From Eledone cirrhosa (lineage: Eukaryota), in NCBI GenBank assembly GCA_964016885.1, contig OZ024747.1, positions 32,488,001-32,552,000 on the forward strand: DNA of 64,000 nucleotides. The letters run 5' to 3'. Within the stretch, counting starts at the first letter, position 1. Each line of letters opens with the position of its first letter. Under the pieces are notes generated by a model, which saw nothing but the letters and a program-made list of their open reading frames with translations, was not told the origin of the DNA and did no database searches. Shown one piece after another: positions 26,979-40,248 of this stretch. Made by a program: the position numbers and the translations under genes.

Positions 26979-28702
26979 ACTATAGTTAGAACTGTCATGC
27001 ATGTGAGGACCTGTAGCTGTCAGTGGAATTGTAAGGGCACCATCATAATATATAGCATGTCATGGGTACTTAAAACATGGCAGAGCCCAGTGAAGTGAGA
27101 AATATATAGAGAAACAATCAACCCCTGTACTTGACTGGTACTTTTGTCATTAACCTCAAAAGAGTAAAAGTTAAAGTTGATCTCACCAGCATAAGAAACT
27201 CAGAGACCCAAAATAGATGCTGCACTGCAATCTATTCAATGTTACAGTTAAAATAAATGTTCATCTACTCTGTTAAAGTATTTCATCTTGACTCAGTTCA
27301 GTATAGCATATAGCTCAGAAGAGCATAGCTTAACTCAATTGTAAAGAATTGTATTTCATTTTTCTCCCTTCATTCTCTTTGATACGAAGCCACCTGAAAT
27401 TGTCATCTTTCTACTATACAAAGCTCTTTATATTAAGGTCTTTATATAAAAACATTTCATCATACTTTTATGTTAGGATCTTTAAGTTATGCAAACACCA
27501 GCTTATTAATGAGAAATAATATTACTAAATTTCTCCATATTCTTGATTAATTTCAAAATTATTTGAATATTATAGTCAGTGTATTTTATTAGAAAAATTG
27601 TAACAAAAGGGTTAAGACATCCAAACCTGTTATTTATTGTAAAAGAAAGTTTTGATTATATACAAATCATAGAGAGGAATGACTGCAAGACATTTTAAGA
27701 TAGCACATGACATTTCTAAAACCTTTCATTCAAACATAATCTTTGTCAAAAATAACAAATTAAAAGTCTTTGTCACGTTATCATTTAGAAAATGAAGTCA
27801 TTAATGGTCCTACAGTGCAACAGAATAAACGAACAAAAGACTATAGACAAGCATGAGTGACTCTAATTAGCTGTCCAAAAATATTGTCCTTGCTTTTGTT
27901 TCTTCTCTTCTTTTCCTTTTATTCTTTTTGTTTAACCTATAAAAGATTCTATAATGGCAGAACTATTGGCTTCTTGAAGATAACATTTCTTATTCTTGAC
28001 AACAACTTTTATAACAACTAACATTCTGTGTTACTGTGTAAAAAAAACAATATAAAACACAAATACAAAAATAATGGTTTATCAATTTTGCCTTGGAATT
28101 AAAAGATATTATCTTCAGGACATGTATTATATTTCACTATTATTACTAGTGCTATCATATCAACAATGTCTTAGACTTTGGATCCATATACATCACATTT
28201 CTAGCAAAGACTTCTATTTAATGCCTTTAGGTTTTCATTTAAGTATAATGCCTTCTAGGATAAAAACAGAACCTTGTTTTGTTTTGTTTTTTCTATCTAA
28301 ATAAAATGAGGGCATTGTTAATGACAATCATCAGCAATCTTAGATAAGAAGTTTCCATGACAGAGCTAATCCTAATGACTTTTAATATAGTGTAGCATAT
28401 AATTAATTATTTTGTTACCAACCCAGCCAAAGCTCACCTTGGTCATATGAAACAAACCTACACTTTGAAAAGATTCTTATTATGAAAATAATCTTCCAAA
28501 ATAATTTTATACAATAACCATCAGTAAAGTTAGTATAGTAACAAAAGGGTTCAAAATTTCAAAATTCGTAATTTCCTCAATGATTTATTGATTTATGAAT
28601 TTGATTGATTCTTTGTTTACATCTACATGCCAATAGATAACGCTTGTAAATAGCAGATAAATGGTCTGACATACATTGGTGTTATGGTAATGCAGGTGTG
28701 AA

Positions 28703-28770
28703 GCCATGTGGCTTTGTGGTTAGAGAATTGGATCCACAATCGTGAGGTTGTGAGTTCAATTCCCGGACTG
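28703..28770 (+). mobile_element. tRNA-derived SINE head
   Basis: A-box-like tggctttgtggt and B-box-like gagttcaattcc with tRNA-like spacing, but no intact cloverleaf. Confidence 0.55.
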
Positions 28771-28984
28771 GATGATGACATTTTATTTAAAGTTGTTCCT
28801 TCTGCAGGGAGATACGACTGCTACATAGTATCAGCAATGGAAACATTGTTTCCTTGGTCCGATTTGACGAGTTCCACCCCATTCGATAAGCGAATGTAGT
28901 GTTTAGGGACTTATATGCCCAACCTGTTCGACTGTTTTTTCATAGTAAATTTATTTGTTTTTTTATTTATTTTCCCCTAAAATG

Positions 28985-29440
28985 AGGTTAGTGGATAGGC
29001 AGAATCATTAGAGCATCGGACAACATGTTAAACAGGATTTAGTTTGGAACCTTTACGTTCTGAGCTCAAATCCTGCTGAGGGCAATTTTGCCTTTCAGCC
29101 TTCCAGGGTTGATAAAATAAAGTACCAGTTAAGTATTGGGTCGATGTGATAACCTTCCTCTCTACTCAAAATTGCTGGCCTTGTACCTAAATTAGAAATC
29201 ATTATTTTTACCTTAATGATTTCTTAAGAGAAGTGGAATGGCAGTATTGGTATAGTATTGGACATGCTTTGTGGCATATAGTTCCGTCCCTTTATGTTCT
29301 GCGTTCAATTGCTGCTGAGGGCAACTTTGGCTTTTATCGTTCTGAGACAATAAAATAAAGTACCAGTCAAGTATTAGGTTGATGTAATCATCTTCCTCTC
29401 TACTCAACATTTCTGCTCTTGTGCCTAAATTAGAAAACAC
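28985..29440 (+). mobile_element. Two diverged Deu/Nin-domain SINE copies
   Basis: Both carry ctgctgagggcaa.tttg.cttt...ataaaataaagtaccagt...cttgt.cctaaattagaaa. Confidence 0.8.
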
Positions 29441-29749
29441 TTATATTTAGCTTAAAATGATAAATATCTTTTAAGAAAAAATTTAGTTATTTTTTTCTGA
29501 AGTATATTTTTGGTCTCTTAAAATTTTTGGTTTTACAAATTGTTGTTCACCTTTTTTGATATTTTAAAAATTCAGTGTTATGAGCATTCAGGCTTCTGTA
29601 CTTTGATGTAATGTTCAGCTCCTGCCCAATACATTACATTACATTACCTACTCAACCATTTCACTTCCATGGATTCATCTGCTATAAATACTGAAGTTTA
29701 CTCACTCATTCACTATACATTTGTAAATATTGTCTTACTAATGTGAAGA

Positions 29750-30330
29750 CATATAAATATATTACGTGAGTTATAATCTTTTGAAAGAAATGGTAAAGTA
29801 GAAAGTAAAGTCAGTAATCTCCATTCTGCCAATGATATTGATTTAATAGGACAAAATGAAGAACAACTTAGAGATCTAACAAGATATCTTGATACAACTG
29901 TAAGAAGATATGGAATAGAAATAAGTGCCAATAAAAACAAAATATAAAGATATCTTGTAAAAACAAAAAGAAAGAAAAAATAGCTAGTCAATCCAGTTGT
30001 AATAGCATGGAAGATGCTCAAACAAGTTGATGAATTGAAATATCTGGTAAGAATAATAATAGCTGATATGAGATCAAAGCTAGAAGTAAAATGACAGATT
30101 GCAGTCACTACAGAAGCTTTAGAAAAATTAAATTTTCCTTGGAAAACTAAAAAAAAAAACTAACAAAAGAACTAAACAAAAAAAAACGACTAATCTTTAA
30201 GATCAATATTAATTTCAGCTGCACTTTATGGGTGCGAATCATAGATGTTAAAAGATGAAAGTAAGGAAATGATCATGGCTTTTGGAATAAAGTGTTATAG
30301 AAAGATCCTTTGCCTTCCTTATACAAAGTG
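29750..30330 (+). pseudogene. Heavily decayed RTE-like LINE reverse transcriptase fragment
   Basis: Pieces translate as ANDIDLIGQNEEQL, YGIEISANK, KQVDELKYL and ALYGCES; multiple stops. Confidence 0.6.
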
Positions 30331-30766
30331 TTAAGACTGTAAACCATGAAATTCTTTTGTCAATTATTAACCCTTTGAATGCAGGATTGCTATGTGTTCT
30401 AGTTAATAAGCAAATTGCCAAGCACACTTCTGTCTCTTCAGATGCCTTGTTTCTTATGGCTTATGGCTCATATTTTTATGAGAAACACGCCTGTATGTTT
30501 GCAGGAATTTTTCCACTTTTGGTGAATCTAAATCATCAAATATTGCACAGAGAAAACTATTAGTTGATCAAGTAGTATCTCAAATATAAGGTTCTGATAA
30601 GGTGGAACAGTAATAATTGTGGTAATGATAGTGGTTTTGAAATTGAAAATCATACTAAATTAAGTGATAATATGATTATATACAGGTTGTCCCAATAAAT
30701 GTAGCAGTAAGCCAGTTGGTTGGCAGTGAAAAGGACAAATATCGGAAAATGAAGTGGTTTGGTCAT

Positions 30767-31138
30767 ATAATTGTTTCTACATTTGGCACAAGGCCAGCAA
30801 TTACCCAGTAGATTACTGGTACTTTATTTTATCGACCCCCGTAAGGATGAAAGGCAAAGTTAACCTCGGCGGGATTTGAACTCAGAATGGCTGTAACTCT
30901 ATACGTCAAAGCATGGCGTCCGACCCTCTACCGATACTGCCAATTCATAATTGTTTCTACTTTTGGCACAAGGCCAGCAAATTACCCAGTGCATTACTGG
31001 TACTTTATTTTATCGACGCCGTAAGGATGAAAGGCAAAGTTAACCTTGGCAGGATTTGAATTCAGAATGGCAAGGACCGTAACTCTATGCGTCAAATCAT
31101 GGCGTCCAACCCTCTACCGATGCTGCCAATCCACCGCC
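30767..31138 (-). mobile_element. Tandem pair of Deu/Nin-domain SINEs
   Basis: Reverse complement of the 37932 SINE, twice (30767-30945 and 30947-31138). Confidence 0.9.
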
Positions 31139-32139
31139 AATTCATAATGACACCATGACAGCTTAAGACTAGGAAATGTGGTAATACATGAACAAATCCC
31201 CAGTAAAAGAGGTAGTGAAAGATGGACTGGTTAAGTATCACCAATGGAAAAGGCTGAAAGTAGCAGAAAACATGAAATATGGAAGGATATGAAAATAAAT
31301 GGGATGATCACAGCTGGTATGCCTTTGATCATAGATCTGCACAATCAGCATGTTACTGGTTCCATGTAACCCAGTACAACATATTTCATGGTCAAGTGGA
31401 TGGTGCCTAAAACAGTTCCTCCAACAGACCAGGGTCTAGTGAGGAGGGTAAGTGGAACCCCTGCAGTACAAAAACAAGAGCTGTTAAAAGGGTGGTTGAA
31501 CTGCTCAGAGTCAAAGACCATCCACCCTAACTATGGGTTAAATAGCCTCATCAACCCGCAATTGGCCAAGTGTGGTGAGTACAGCTACATCCCTGACATG
31601 ACCAAAGCCAAACAGAAAGTAGTGGAGGACAGCCAGGGAGGAATTCCTCCAACAGGAGTGCGAAGGCCCTGGATTAGATTGGATTAGAAATAAGGACAAT
31701 AACACTACCTGTGTGCTGTCACACATAAATCAAAGGTTCTTCAAGGAATAAAACATTACCACACCCCACCCTATTTATTTCCTTAAACAGTTCCAGGAAA
31801 GATGAAAATTAACAAATTATTAGAATAACAAATAAACAGTGAAATAACATTGAAAAGTCAAAATTTTTAAAATAATTAAATGCCGAATTATTTTGAGTTG
31901 CTTAATATGTATTATGTATTATCTGCCCTGTGTCACTCAGTCATTAACATAAACAGTAACAAAAACACTATTATGAAGCAAATTGCAAATATTTTTTGTA
32001 AAGTTATTCATTGAAATCAAAATAAAAGGAAAAAAATGTTCTCTGTTTTAAAATCATCATAAAATTAGTCAATATACACTGTTGATAGTATTCAGTAAGG
32101 AAGAAAGATAATTTTGTTTTGTCATGGAATATTCTCTTT

Positions 32140-32545
32140 TCTTCTTCGTCGACTTATTTGTTTAAGTGTCACTGGGAAAGAGTTTTCAAACACCCCCTCC
32201 AATGGCTCATGTCAGAAGCAACCAACTCTAACTGATCTGACTGGATCCTCAAGTAAGACTAGCTGAGCTCATGGATGTTATCCAACCATCTTGCTCCTGG
32301 TCTACCCTCAGGTCACCTGCCGGCTGCATTTTGCCCTTAAATTCTATCCAGCAATTCTTTCCTGAGATATTTTAACCACATGCCCGTAGTGTTGAAGCTG
32401 TGATCTCTCAATTTGGAGAAGTAGCGGCTCGACTTGGAGCGACTCTCTGATCGATGAACTATGCACTCAATTGAGTAATATTAATCCAAGGACCTCTCAA
32501 AGGAACACCATTTCAGCCCCTTGTATTACTATTACTCATACTCAA
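32140..32545 (-). pseudogene. RTE-like LINE 3' fragment
   Basis: Minus-strand pieces resemble IEKSQLQHYGH and RP.GRPGARWLD; (GAA)-like tail near 32140. Confidence 0.5.
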
Positions 32546-32559
32546 TGCCCTTGTTCTGA

Positions 32560-33390
32560 TACAGAATTTCCAAAGAAGACTACAAGTGAAGTCGATGCAA
32601 TATTAGATCCCAAAACCAAAAAAATCTTCAATGACTTGCAGGCAAATTTCCAAATGTTTTAAAGAATTCCTTTGCATTCAGATCAGGATTTGATGAATCT
32701 CTATAAATACAAGATAATCCACATCTTGGCTTTTTTCGTTTGCTATGTTACAACCGATGTAACAATGAAGGAAAGCAATATTGAACTTAAATGGCATTAA
32801 TAGAAACAACTCAGGGTGTTGACATTAAAATTCTGTGACACAGCCTTAACAAATGCTTATTTTGCACTCGTTTGTGTTATACAGTAACTGTAGAAGCACC
32901 TGTAATAGCAGAAGAAATACAAGCTTAATTAAATGAAAAGTGATCCCAGCTTTCTAGAGTTTTCTCCCTGTTCATTAAATTATTCTTCAAGTATACCTAC
33001 AAGGCAAATTCCTTAAATACGTCCCTTAAATTGGCAATGTCTTATGCTTAAATTACGAGACCCACTGACATCTCAGAAATGTTATTGAAGAAATTTTATT
33101 GATGTCTCTTTCTAGAATATTATGAGGTCGTTGTCAACCAGCAATGTTTTGAGTAGGTTCTAGATCTTTCAGAACATATTTCATATTAAAAAAGAATGAT
33201 AAGATGCTATTTATAACTGAAAAATGATGAATATCTGCAAGATGTGTTCTTTTTTCTCACTGATATGATGAATCATCTATGAATTTCCAATTTGGCACTC
33301 CAAGGAAAGAATAAGATTATATCTGATCTTATTCAATCAAAGTTCAGCTTTACAAATGAAATGAGGTTTTTTTCCAAAGAGACATCCACA
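32560..33390 (+). pseudogene. Decayed hAT (Charlie/SPIN/Buster-like) transposase
   Basis: MRSLSTSNVLSRF (degenerate VRWLS.G.VL.RF) at about 33122 and FLTDMMNHL*ISNLALQGKNKIISDLI at about 33250. Confidence 0.55.
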
Positions 33391-33714
33391 TTTAATAATT
33401 TACAATGTGTTTTATTTACTGCCATATGAACAAGATACTGTGGAGATGATAGGATGTTGAATGAAAGAGCTTTAATGAGAGGAGCAGAAGGAAAATAAAA
33501 TATTGAAAGTGAATTGCAGCAAGAGGTTTAAAGCTGTCAAAGCATCACATGATTGAAAGAAGAGAACAGATGACAAAAGTCATATCAAATGTTATACATA
33601 TTTCCTTAAAACAATAAAAAAGTTTTAAAAAAAAGTTATTTAATTTCATATATCATCATTGTCATCTTTTTTCCCATTAGCAAGGTATATATTATATATT
33701 TATATATATATATA

Positions 33715-35822
33715 TCATCATCATCATCATTTTACGTCCACTTTTCCCTGCTTGCAAGGGTGGGACGGGTCCTATTGAGCACAGCATCTCTCAACTTGTC
33801 ACGGTCCTTTGTCATTTCCACCGTGAGCTTCAGCGAACTGAGGTCTGCTCTCACCACCTCTGCCCATGTTTTTCATGGTCTTCCTCGAATACGTCTTCCT
33901 TCAACTGGCATTTCTTGGCACTACTTCACCCATCGGTCATCCTCCATGTGCATCACATGTCCATACCATCGCAGTCTCCTCTCCCGTACACTACAATCTA
34001 TCCCTCTCAGACACAGTTTCTCTCTCAACACATCCATGCTTGGCCGTTCATGCACATTGACATTGCACATCCAATGGAGCATGCTTGTCTCATTTCTCTC
34101 CAGCCATCGCATATCCTCTGCAGTTGCTGCCCATGTCTCACTACCATGCAGCATTATGCACCTCACACAGGCATCATATAACCGGCCTTTCGTACGCAGG
34201 GAGAAACCCTTCTTCGTCAGCAGAGGAGGCAGCTCCCTAAACTTCTTCCAACCCGTCCTTATTCTAGATCTATGGCCTCAGAACCTCCCCCCTCCCATGC
34301 TAATCCGATCACCTAGGTACCTGAAACTATCAACCACTTCTATAGAACCCGCCTGCATTTGAAAAATGTGTCTATCAATGCGATTCTACTGTCAAATTTC
34401 CCTGTACATCTACTGCATACGTATTTCTCCCTACCTGTTAGATTGCCTGCTATGCCACTACATCTCTTGTGTACCCAAGATCTGCATTGTGTACATTTTA
34501 TAGAATTTATGCCAGTTACTTTTCTAGATATCAAACATGGCCTTTTCCCTGATGGAATCAGAGTTTTGTCCTCTTTTCTTACCTATGTTCACTCTCAGAC
34601 CCCTTGATTCTAACTGCTGTTTCCATAGCCAGAAATTATTCTCTAGCTCCTCTACTGATTCTGCTATAAGTACCAGATTGTCAGCATAGAGAAGTTCCCA
34701 TGGACAGCTAGTCTGAAATTCCTCTGTTATGGTTTGGAAGACTATAATGAACAAGAGCGGGCTGAGGGCCCAACCCTGATGTACTTCTACTTGTATCTGG
34801 AATTCCTCACTAAACTCCATTCCTACCATCACTTTACTGACAGCACCTCTGTACAAAGCTTGCACTGTGCTCACAAGCTATTCCTCTACACCTAGTTTCC
34901 TTAGGGACCACTAGATGACAGATTGGGTTACCCTATCAAAGGCCTTCTCTAGGTCAACAAAAGCTAAGAATAGTAGCTTATTCTTCTCTAAGAACCTCTC
35001 TTGTAATTGTCTCACTAAGAGGATTGCATCCGTTGTACTTTTCCCAGGCACAAAAACAAACTGCATCTCATCTAGTTTGACCCTTTCTGTAATTAGTTGC
35101 GCTAATATCCTTTCTGCCACTTTCATGACCTGATCCATCAGTTTTATGCCCCTATAATTGCTCCTCTCCAGAGCATCCCCTTTACCTTTGTAGCAATTTA
35201 TGAGCATACACCATATATAGTTTGATTAATGATGCGTGCAACCTGTTTAGTGCCTACTTCTCCCGATGCCTTCAACATCTCAGCAACTATCCCCGACGGT
35301 CCAGCAACCTTACCATTTTTCATTTCCTTAATTGCCTCTTGTACCCTATATTCATCAATCTCAATAGCTGGTCCCTCTGTTGGGACTACTAGGAGTAGTT
35401 TCTCTCTCTCCCATTCATTCTCAACATTTAACAGTCTCTCAAAATGACATTTCCAGGCCTCCTTTTTCTGGTCATTCGTGAGACTAAGTACACCCACATC
35501 ATTCCGGACACACTTATCTCCAAAAACATCCTGATTTGCACTGACACACTGCCTTGCAATGTGGAACACCGCACATCTCTGATCTTCCCATCGCAGAACA
35601 TTGGCAAACCTCCTACTCTCAGCCTCCCTGCATGATAAGTACACCTGACATTTAGTTTCTCTCTTAGCGGCTGTATATCCTTCTCTACTCCCTCCATTTT
35701 TCCAAGCATTCCATGCTAGTCTTTTGTCTCTAATGGCCCTATCTACCATGCTGTTTACCACCAGTTCACTCTCTGTCTGGTCGGAGCTCTGCTCCAGCCA
35801 CAAGTTTCTTCAGTAGCCTGCA
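33715..35822 (-). mobile_element. 5'-truncated RTE-clade LINE, frameshifted RT
   Basis: KGKGDALERSNYRGIKL, QF.F.PGKSTTDAI, FVDLEKAFDRV, HQG.ALSPLLF, LLYADNLVL, MLHGSETW, RRLRWYGHV; CxxC..W.HxxC insert; (TGA)n 3' tail at 33715-33730. Confidence 0.95.
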
Positions 35823-35904
35823 TGTATATATATGAGTTTTGTAGCTTGCTTGAAGCATTGTTTGATAGGAAACACAAATTTAAATTTTGAAGACCAAAAC
35901 AATG

Positions 35905-37895
35905 GGAGACTGCAGCAGTCCGTCTTGCCAGAAAAGAACGTTGTAATGCTGAACGTGAGTACAAACTTCATAAATCAGATATCAATAGGAAGAAGCGAAA
36001 TAAATCATCCAACTATCTCAAACAGGTTACATGAAAGGCAGTGCTTCAATTTGAGCAGCGCATAGCAACTAGCCCTGACAGTATGGTGTTCTGGAAGTAT
36101 GTTCACTCAAAGCAGAGGCCTCAGACTTCAGTGGTCCTCTTCGCAATGTCCACACAAGCCAGGTTACTGACGACCCCAAGGAATGCGCAGAGTTCATTGC
36201 TCAATGGTTTGCAGGCATTTTCACCATTGAAGACCAGAGTGTGCCGTCTCCACCACCTCTGGCATCGGATTCTATTACAACTATCGAATTTACACCTGCA
36301 ATGCTGCGATGTCACCTTAAAAATAAACGGAACCATGCCTCTCCTGGTCTTGATGGTGTTACGTACCTGCTTCTCAAACGTGGTGGGCACTTCCTTCTAC
36401 ACCAGTTATCACGCCTCTTCCAATTGTCTGAACAACGATGCTACTCCAGAACAGTGGAAAACTGCCAGTGTCATTCCTCTGTTCAAAATGGGTGACCGCA
36501 CATCACCAGTCTTACTAGCTGCATTGCCAAACTGATGGAATCCTTTATCAGAGAAACGCTTTCGAACTTCTGGAACTCTCACAGTCTTATCCGACCCTCG
36601 CAATTTGGATTTATCCCTAACTCCAGCTGCTGTGATCAACTTATCGAGTTTCTTGAAGACATCACCCGGATCACTGATGGCGGCTCATGGGTTGATGTTT
36701 TTTACCTTGACTTTGCTAAAGCTTTCAATTCTGTGCCACACAAAAGACTTCTGGCAAAACTCTCTGCAATGGGTGTGAAGGATGATCTTTTTAACTGGTT
36801 GAAGTCCTTCCTTCTCAGTCGAAGAGAGGTAGTCACGGTTCTAGGACAGCATTCCTCACCATATGAGATGTAATCTGGTGTACCACAGGGATCTGTTATT
36901 GGCCCCCTTTTGTTTGTGGCATATATTAATGACATAGATGCCAACTTAAGGAATGCCGCAGTACTGAAATATGCAGATGACATCAAGCTGTACCTTGAGA
37001 TAAAAAGTACAGATCTTGAACACTAAAGATCTTGCCTGCAATCTGACCTGGACACAATGCAACAATTGATCACAGACTGGCAACTCAAGCTAGCTGTGGA
37101 AAAGTGTACCACCATGCATTTTGGGAGTAAAAACCCAGCGTCCACATACTCCCTCCACAACACTAATATCAAGAAGTCTTCTTGTGAACGTGACCTGGGC
37201 ATTACGGTCAGCAGCGATTTACGTTGGACGAAGCACGTCTCTAAAATTGTCAAGAAGGTCGAGGGTGTCTTAGCATCACTCAGCAAGACCTTTGTCAGCC
37301 GCTCTTCAGCTATCTATTTAAAGCTGTATATAGCTATGGTGCGGCCACACTTAGAATTTGCATCACCAGTCTGGAACCCCTATCTTGCTCAGAACATTGA
37401 CCGCCTGGAGACTATTCAGAGACGTGCAACCAAGCGAATACCCTCCATCAGGAATCTACCATACTCTGAACGCCTTGCTTCCCTGGGCATGGATACATTG
37501 GTAAACACCCACAAAATTATTAACCATCTTGCCAACAACAACTATGAGTACCTTTTTGATTTCCTTGTGTCTAACACACGTGGGCATGTCCACAAAGTCA
37601 GAAAACAGCACAGCTCCCATGACTTTCGGAAACATTTTTTCACGCTCAGAGTTGCTGAAGCATGGAACAAACTACCTGCATCAGTTAGTAGCTGTCGAGA
37701 CACTGCATCCTTTAAAACATTCATACTTCCTGAGATTCGCCAACATTACACCTAATATTCCCCTTCCATACACACGCACACTTGTATATCATGACTCATA
37801 CACTATTCACTTCCCTGACATTTGTATATTATTCTATGAACCATACATGCACCTTTGACGGGTTGTAGTGCACCTGAGCACTGTACACAATAATT

Positions 37896-37930
<35 letters not shown>
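35905..37930 (+). mobile_element. 5'-truncated CR1-group LINE with (ATT)n tail
   Basis: ASPGLDG, QFGF, YLDFAKAFNSVPH, GVPQGSVIGP, KYADD, ERDLGI, RPHLEFASPVWNP, FFTLRV.EAWNKLP; stops and frameshifts. Confidence 0.93.
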
Positions 37931-37931
<1 letters not shown>

Positions 37932-38128
37932 GGGCGGTGGATTGGCAGTATTGGTAGAGGGTCGGACGCCATGCTTTCCAGCATAGTTACGTCCCTTTAC
38001 GACCTGAGTTCAAATCCCGCCGAGGTTGACTTTGCCTTTCATCCTTACGGGGTCGATAAAATAAAGTACCAGTAATGCACTGGCCTTGTGCCTAATGTAG
38101 AAACAATTATTATTATTATTATTATTAT
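37932..38128 (+). mobile_element. Near full-length tRNA-derived SINE with Deu/Nin-like core and (ATT)n tail
   Basis: A box tggcagtattgg, B box gagttcaaatccc, core gcctttcatccttacggggtcgataaaataaagtaccag; located in the LINE's (ATT)n tail. Confidence 0.9.
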
Positions 38129-38559
38129 GAAGAATGTTAAAATGCCAAGACAACAAAAGATAACCTTAGCAAATTTAATGATCCAAAATATGTTTGGATT
38201 TAAAAACCCTTTATCAAGGGAGTAACCTTATGAGAGACTTAACAATCGATCTGTATGGAAGCAGATGTAAGTTAATTGAAATGAAAAGGTGTTACAATTT
38301 CGAACATGCGCGTTGTGAAATGTATGATATATGCATATGTGCGCGTGAATGTTTGTATGCGTGTGCATGAATTTATATTTTATTTAGTGAAAGATGTGTG
38401 CAAATATATATATAATAAAACGGGAAAAATATGTGTGTGATATATGTATGTGCGTGTGAGTCTAAGTGTGTTTGTCTAGTGAGGGCATAGACTTAATTTG
38501 AAAGAAAGAATGAAACTGGCCACTAGGATGTTTGAATACAGGCTTTTAAATTAGCCATT

Positions 38560-38980
38560 CTGGTGCATTTCTTTCGATTCGATTATTGAACTTAAGTTTT
38601 AATTGCTTGGTTAAGAGGGCTTCCTTAATTCTCAGCGTGCCTATACTGCGTTCGGTAGCTAAGATTGTGGTGGTAATATTGTCCCAGTCCCACATTTGAT
38701 GATGTGTTTGCGGAAGGAAGAGGAGTTGGTGTTAACATGCTCTTTAATATGGAGATGTAACGGTCAAATAGTGCTGCCTATGTAAAGTAGATTGCACTTG
38801 TTACATTCTAGCCTGTATACTATGTACGTACAACAATTAGTGTTGCAGATAGGGCAATTGTGCATCCATTATCCTCGTTGGGGGATTGTCTTGTGGAGAG
38901 GCATCTTAATATTTGAGATCGTTAAATTTGCTACAGTAAGATACTTTTGTTGTCTTCGCATTTTAACGTTCTTCATAATG
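38560..38980 (-). pseudogene. Decayed GIY-YIG endonuclease of a Penelope-like element
   Basis: Minus-strand pieces VYIVYRLECNKCN, YIGSTI*PLHLHIKEH and EAL...LKFNNR. Confidence 0.65.
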
Positions 38981-39037
38981 CATTGTTTTGGTCTTCAAAA
39001 TTTAAATTTGTGTTTTATATATATATATATATATATG

Positions 39038-39094
<57 letters not shown>

Positions 39095-39320
39095 GGCTGG
39101 AATCATGATGTGATGGGCAGAGTGATCCACTAGCACCTATGCAAAGTAAACAATTTACCACACTCTGAGAAGTGGTATGAGCATGAGTCAGAGTCGGTGA
39201 TAGAAAACGATCAGGTGAAGGTGCTGTGGGATTTTAGAATATAGACGGACAAGAAACTGGAACACAATTGACATGACCTGGTGGTTTTGGACAAGGAAAA
39301 AAGATCGCGCCTGATTGTAT
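39095..39320 (+). pseudogene. R4/Dong-like non-LTR retrotransposon fragment (restriction-like endonuclease region) next to (TAA)n
   Basis: HDVMGRVIH*HLCK...KWYEH...VIENDQVKVLWDFRI*TDKKLEHN*HDLVVLDK; directly follows the (TAA)n tract at 39041-39093. Confidence 0.75.
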
Positions 39321-39476
39321 ATGTTTTCTGTGTATTCTAATTTCTTGTGTATAAGTGGCTCCCCCAAAGTTTATATCTGAACCTGGCAATTTTCATTAAT
39401 ATTTCAATAATATCTAGGCACATTTCAGCCTTTTAATTTACATCATGTCTTTGGTGGTGAATAACAATCCTGATTA

Positions 39477-40190
39477 TCTATATATCTAAAACAGAGAATG
39501 TCTGTCTGTCTGACTCCCTAAAACTCGAGAACCACCCAATTGAATTTTTTTCAAACTTTACACATGTAATACGTATGGTCGTGTGAGTGTTTTGAGCAAA
39601 AAGTATTTCAAATTTTCAAGGACTGCATTAGGCGCCGGAAAGTCGCGCCCTTATAATATCTGTCTGTATGTCTGGCTGTCTGCATTACGACATTATGACT
39701 TCGCTATCTGTGTGTGTATCTATATATATATATGTATATATAGTGTGTGTATATATATATTCTTCTCATTGCTGGCGTATAATGTTCGCTATTTTCCGTT
39801 CATTGCCAGGGAACGTTTTCACGAACCAAAGTATCGTCTTTCTGTCTTCCTTCGGTTGCAAAGTTTTTCGAAATATTTACTTCTGCGGTCACAGATTGAT
39901 TTTTTTAGTTTCAGAAGATCCCGTTAAAGGTGAAAGCAGCGATTCTTTGCTTAAACTTTAATCTGTTATTTTAATATATATTTATATATTCGTGTACAGA
40001 TATTTTTGCATACTCAAAAACTAAATATAAACAAACGTATTTATTTCACGAAAGCACAAAATGTAGACACCATCCTGAAGCCGAGGTATTCCGTACTTCT
40101 CTGTACTGTTTCGCCTTTATAATATCTGTCTGTATGTCTGCATTACGACATTTACTTCGCTATCTGTGTGTGTGTATATATGTATATATA

Positions 40191-40248
<58 letters not shown>

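Noticed and set aside
28703-28775. Possible tRNA gene
   Set aside because: A and B boxes are present but the acceptor and anticodon stems do not close; better explained as a SINE head.
33760-34362. 200-aa plus-strand ORF, and similar ORFs at 53308-53841 and 48269-48652
   Set aside because: Antisense shadows of RTE, Penelope and Helitron coding sequence.
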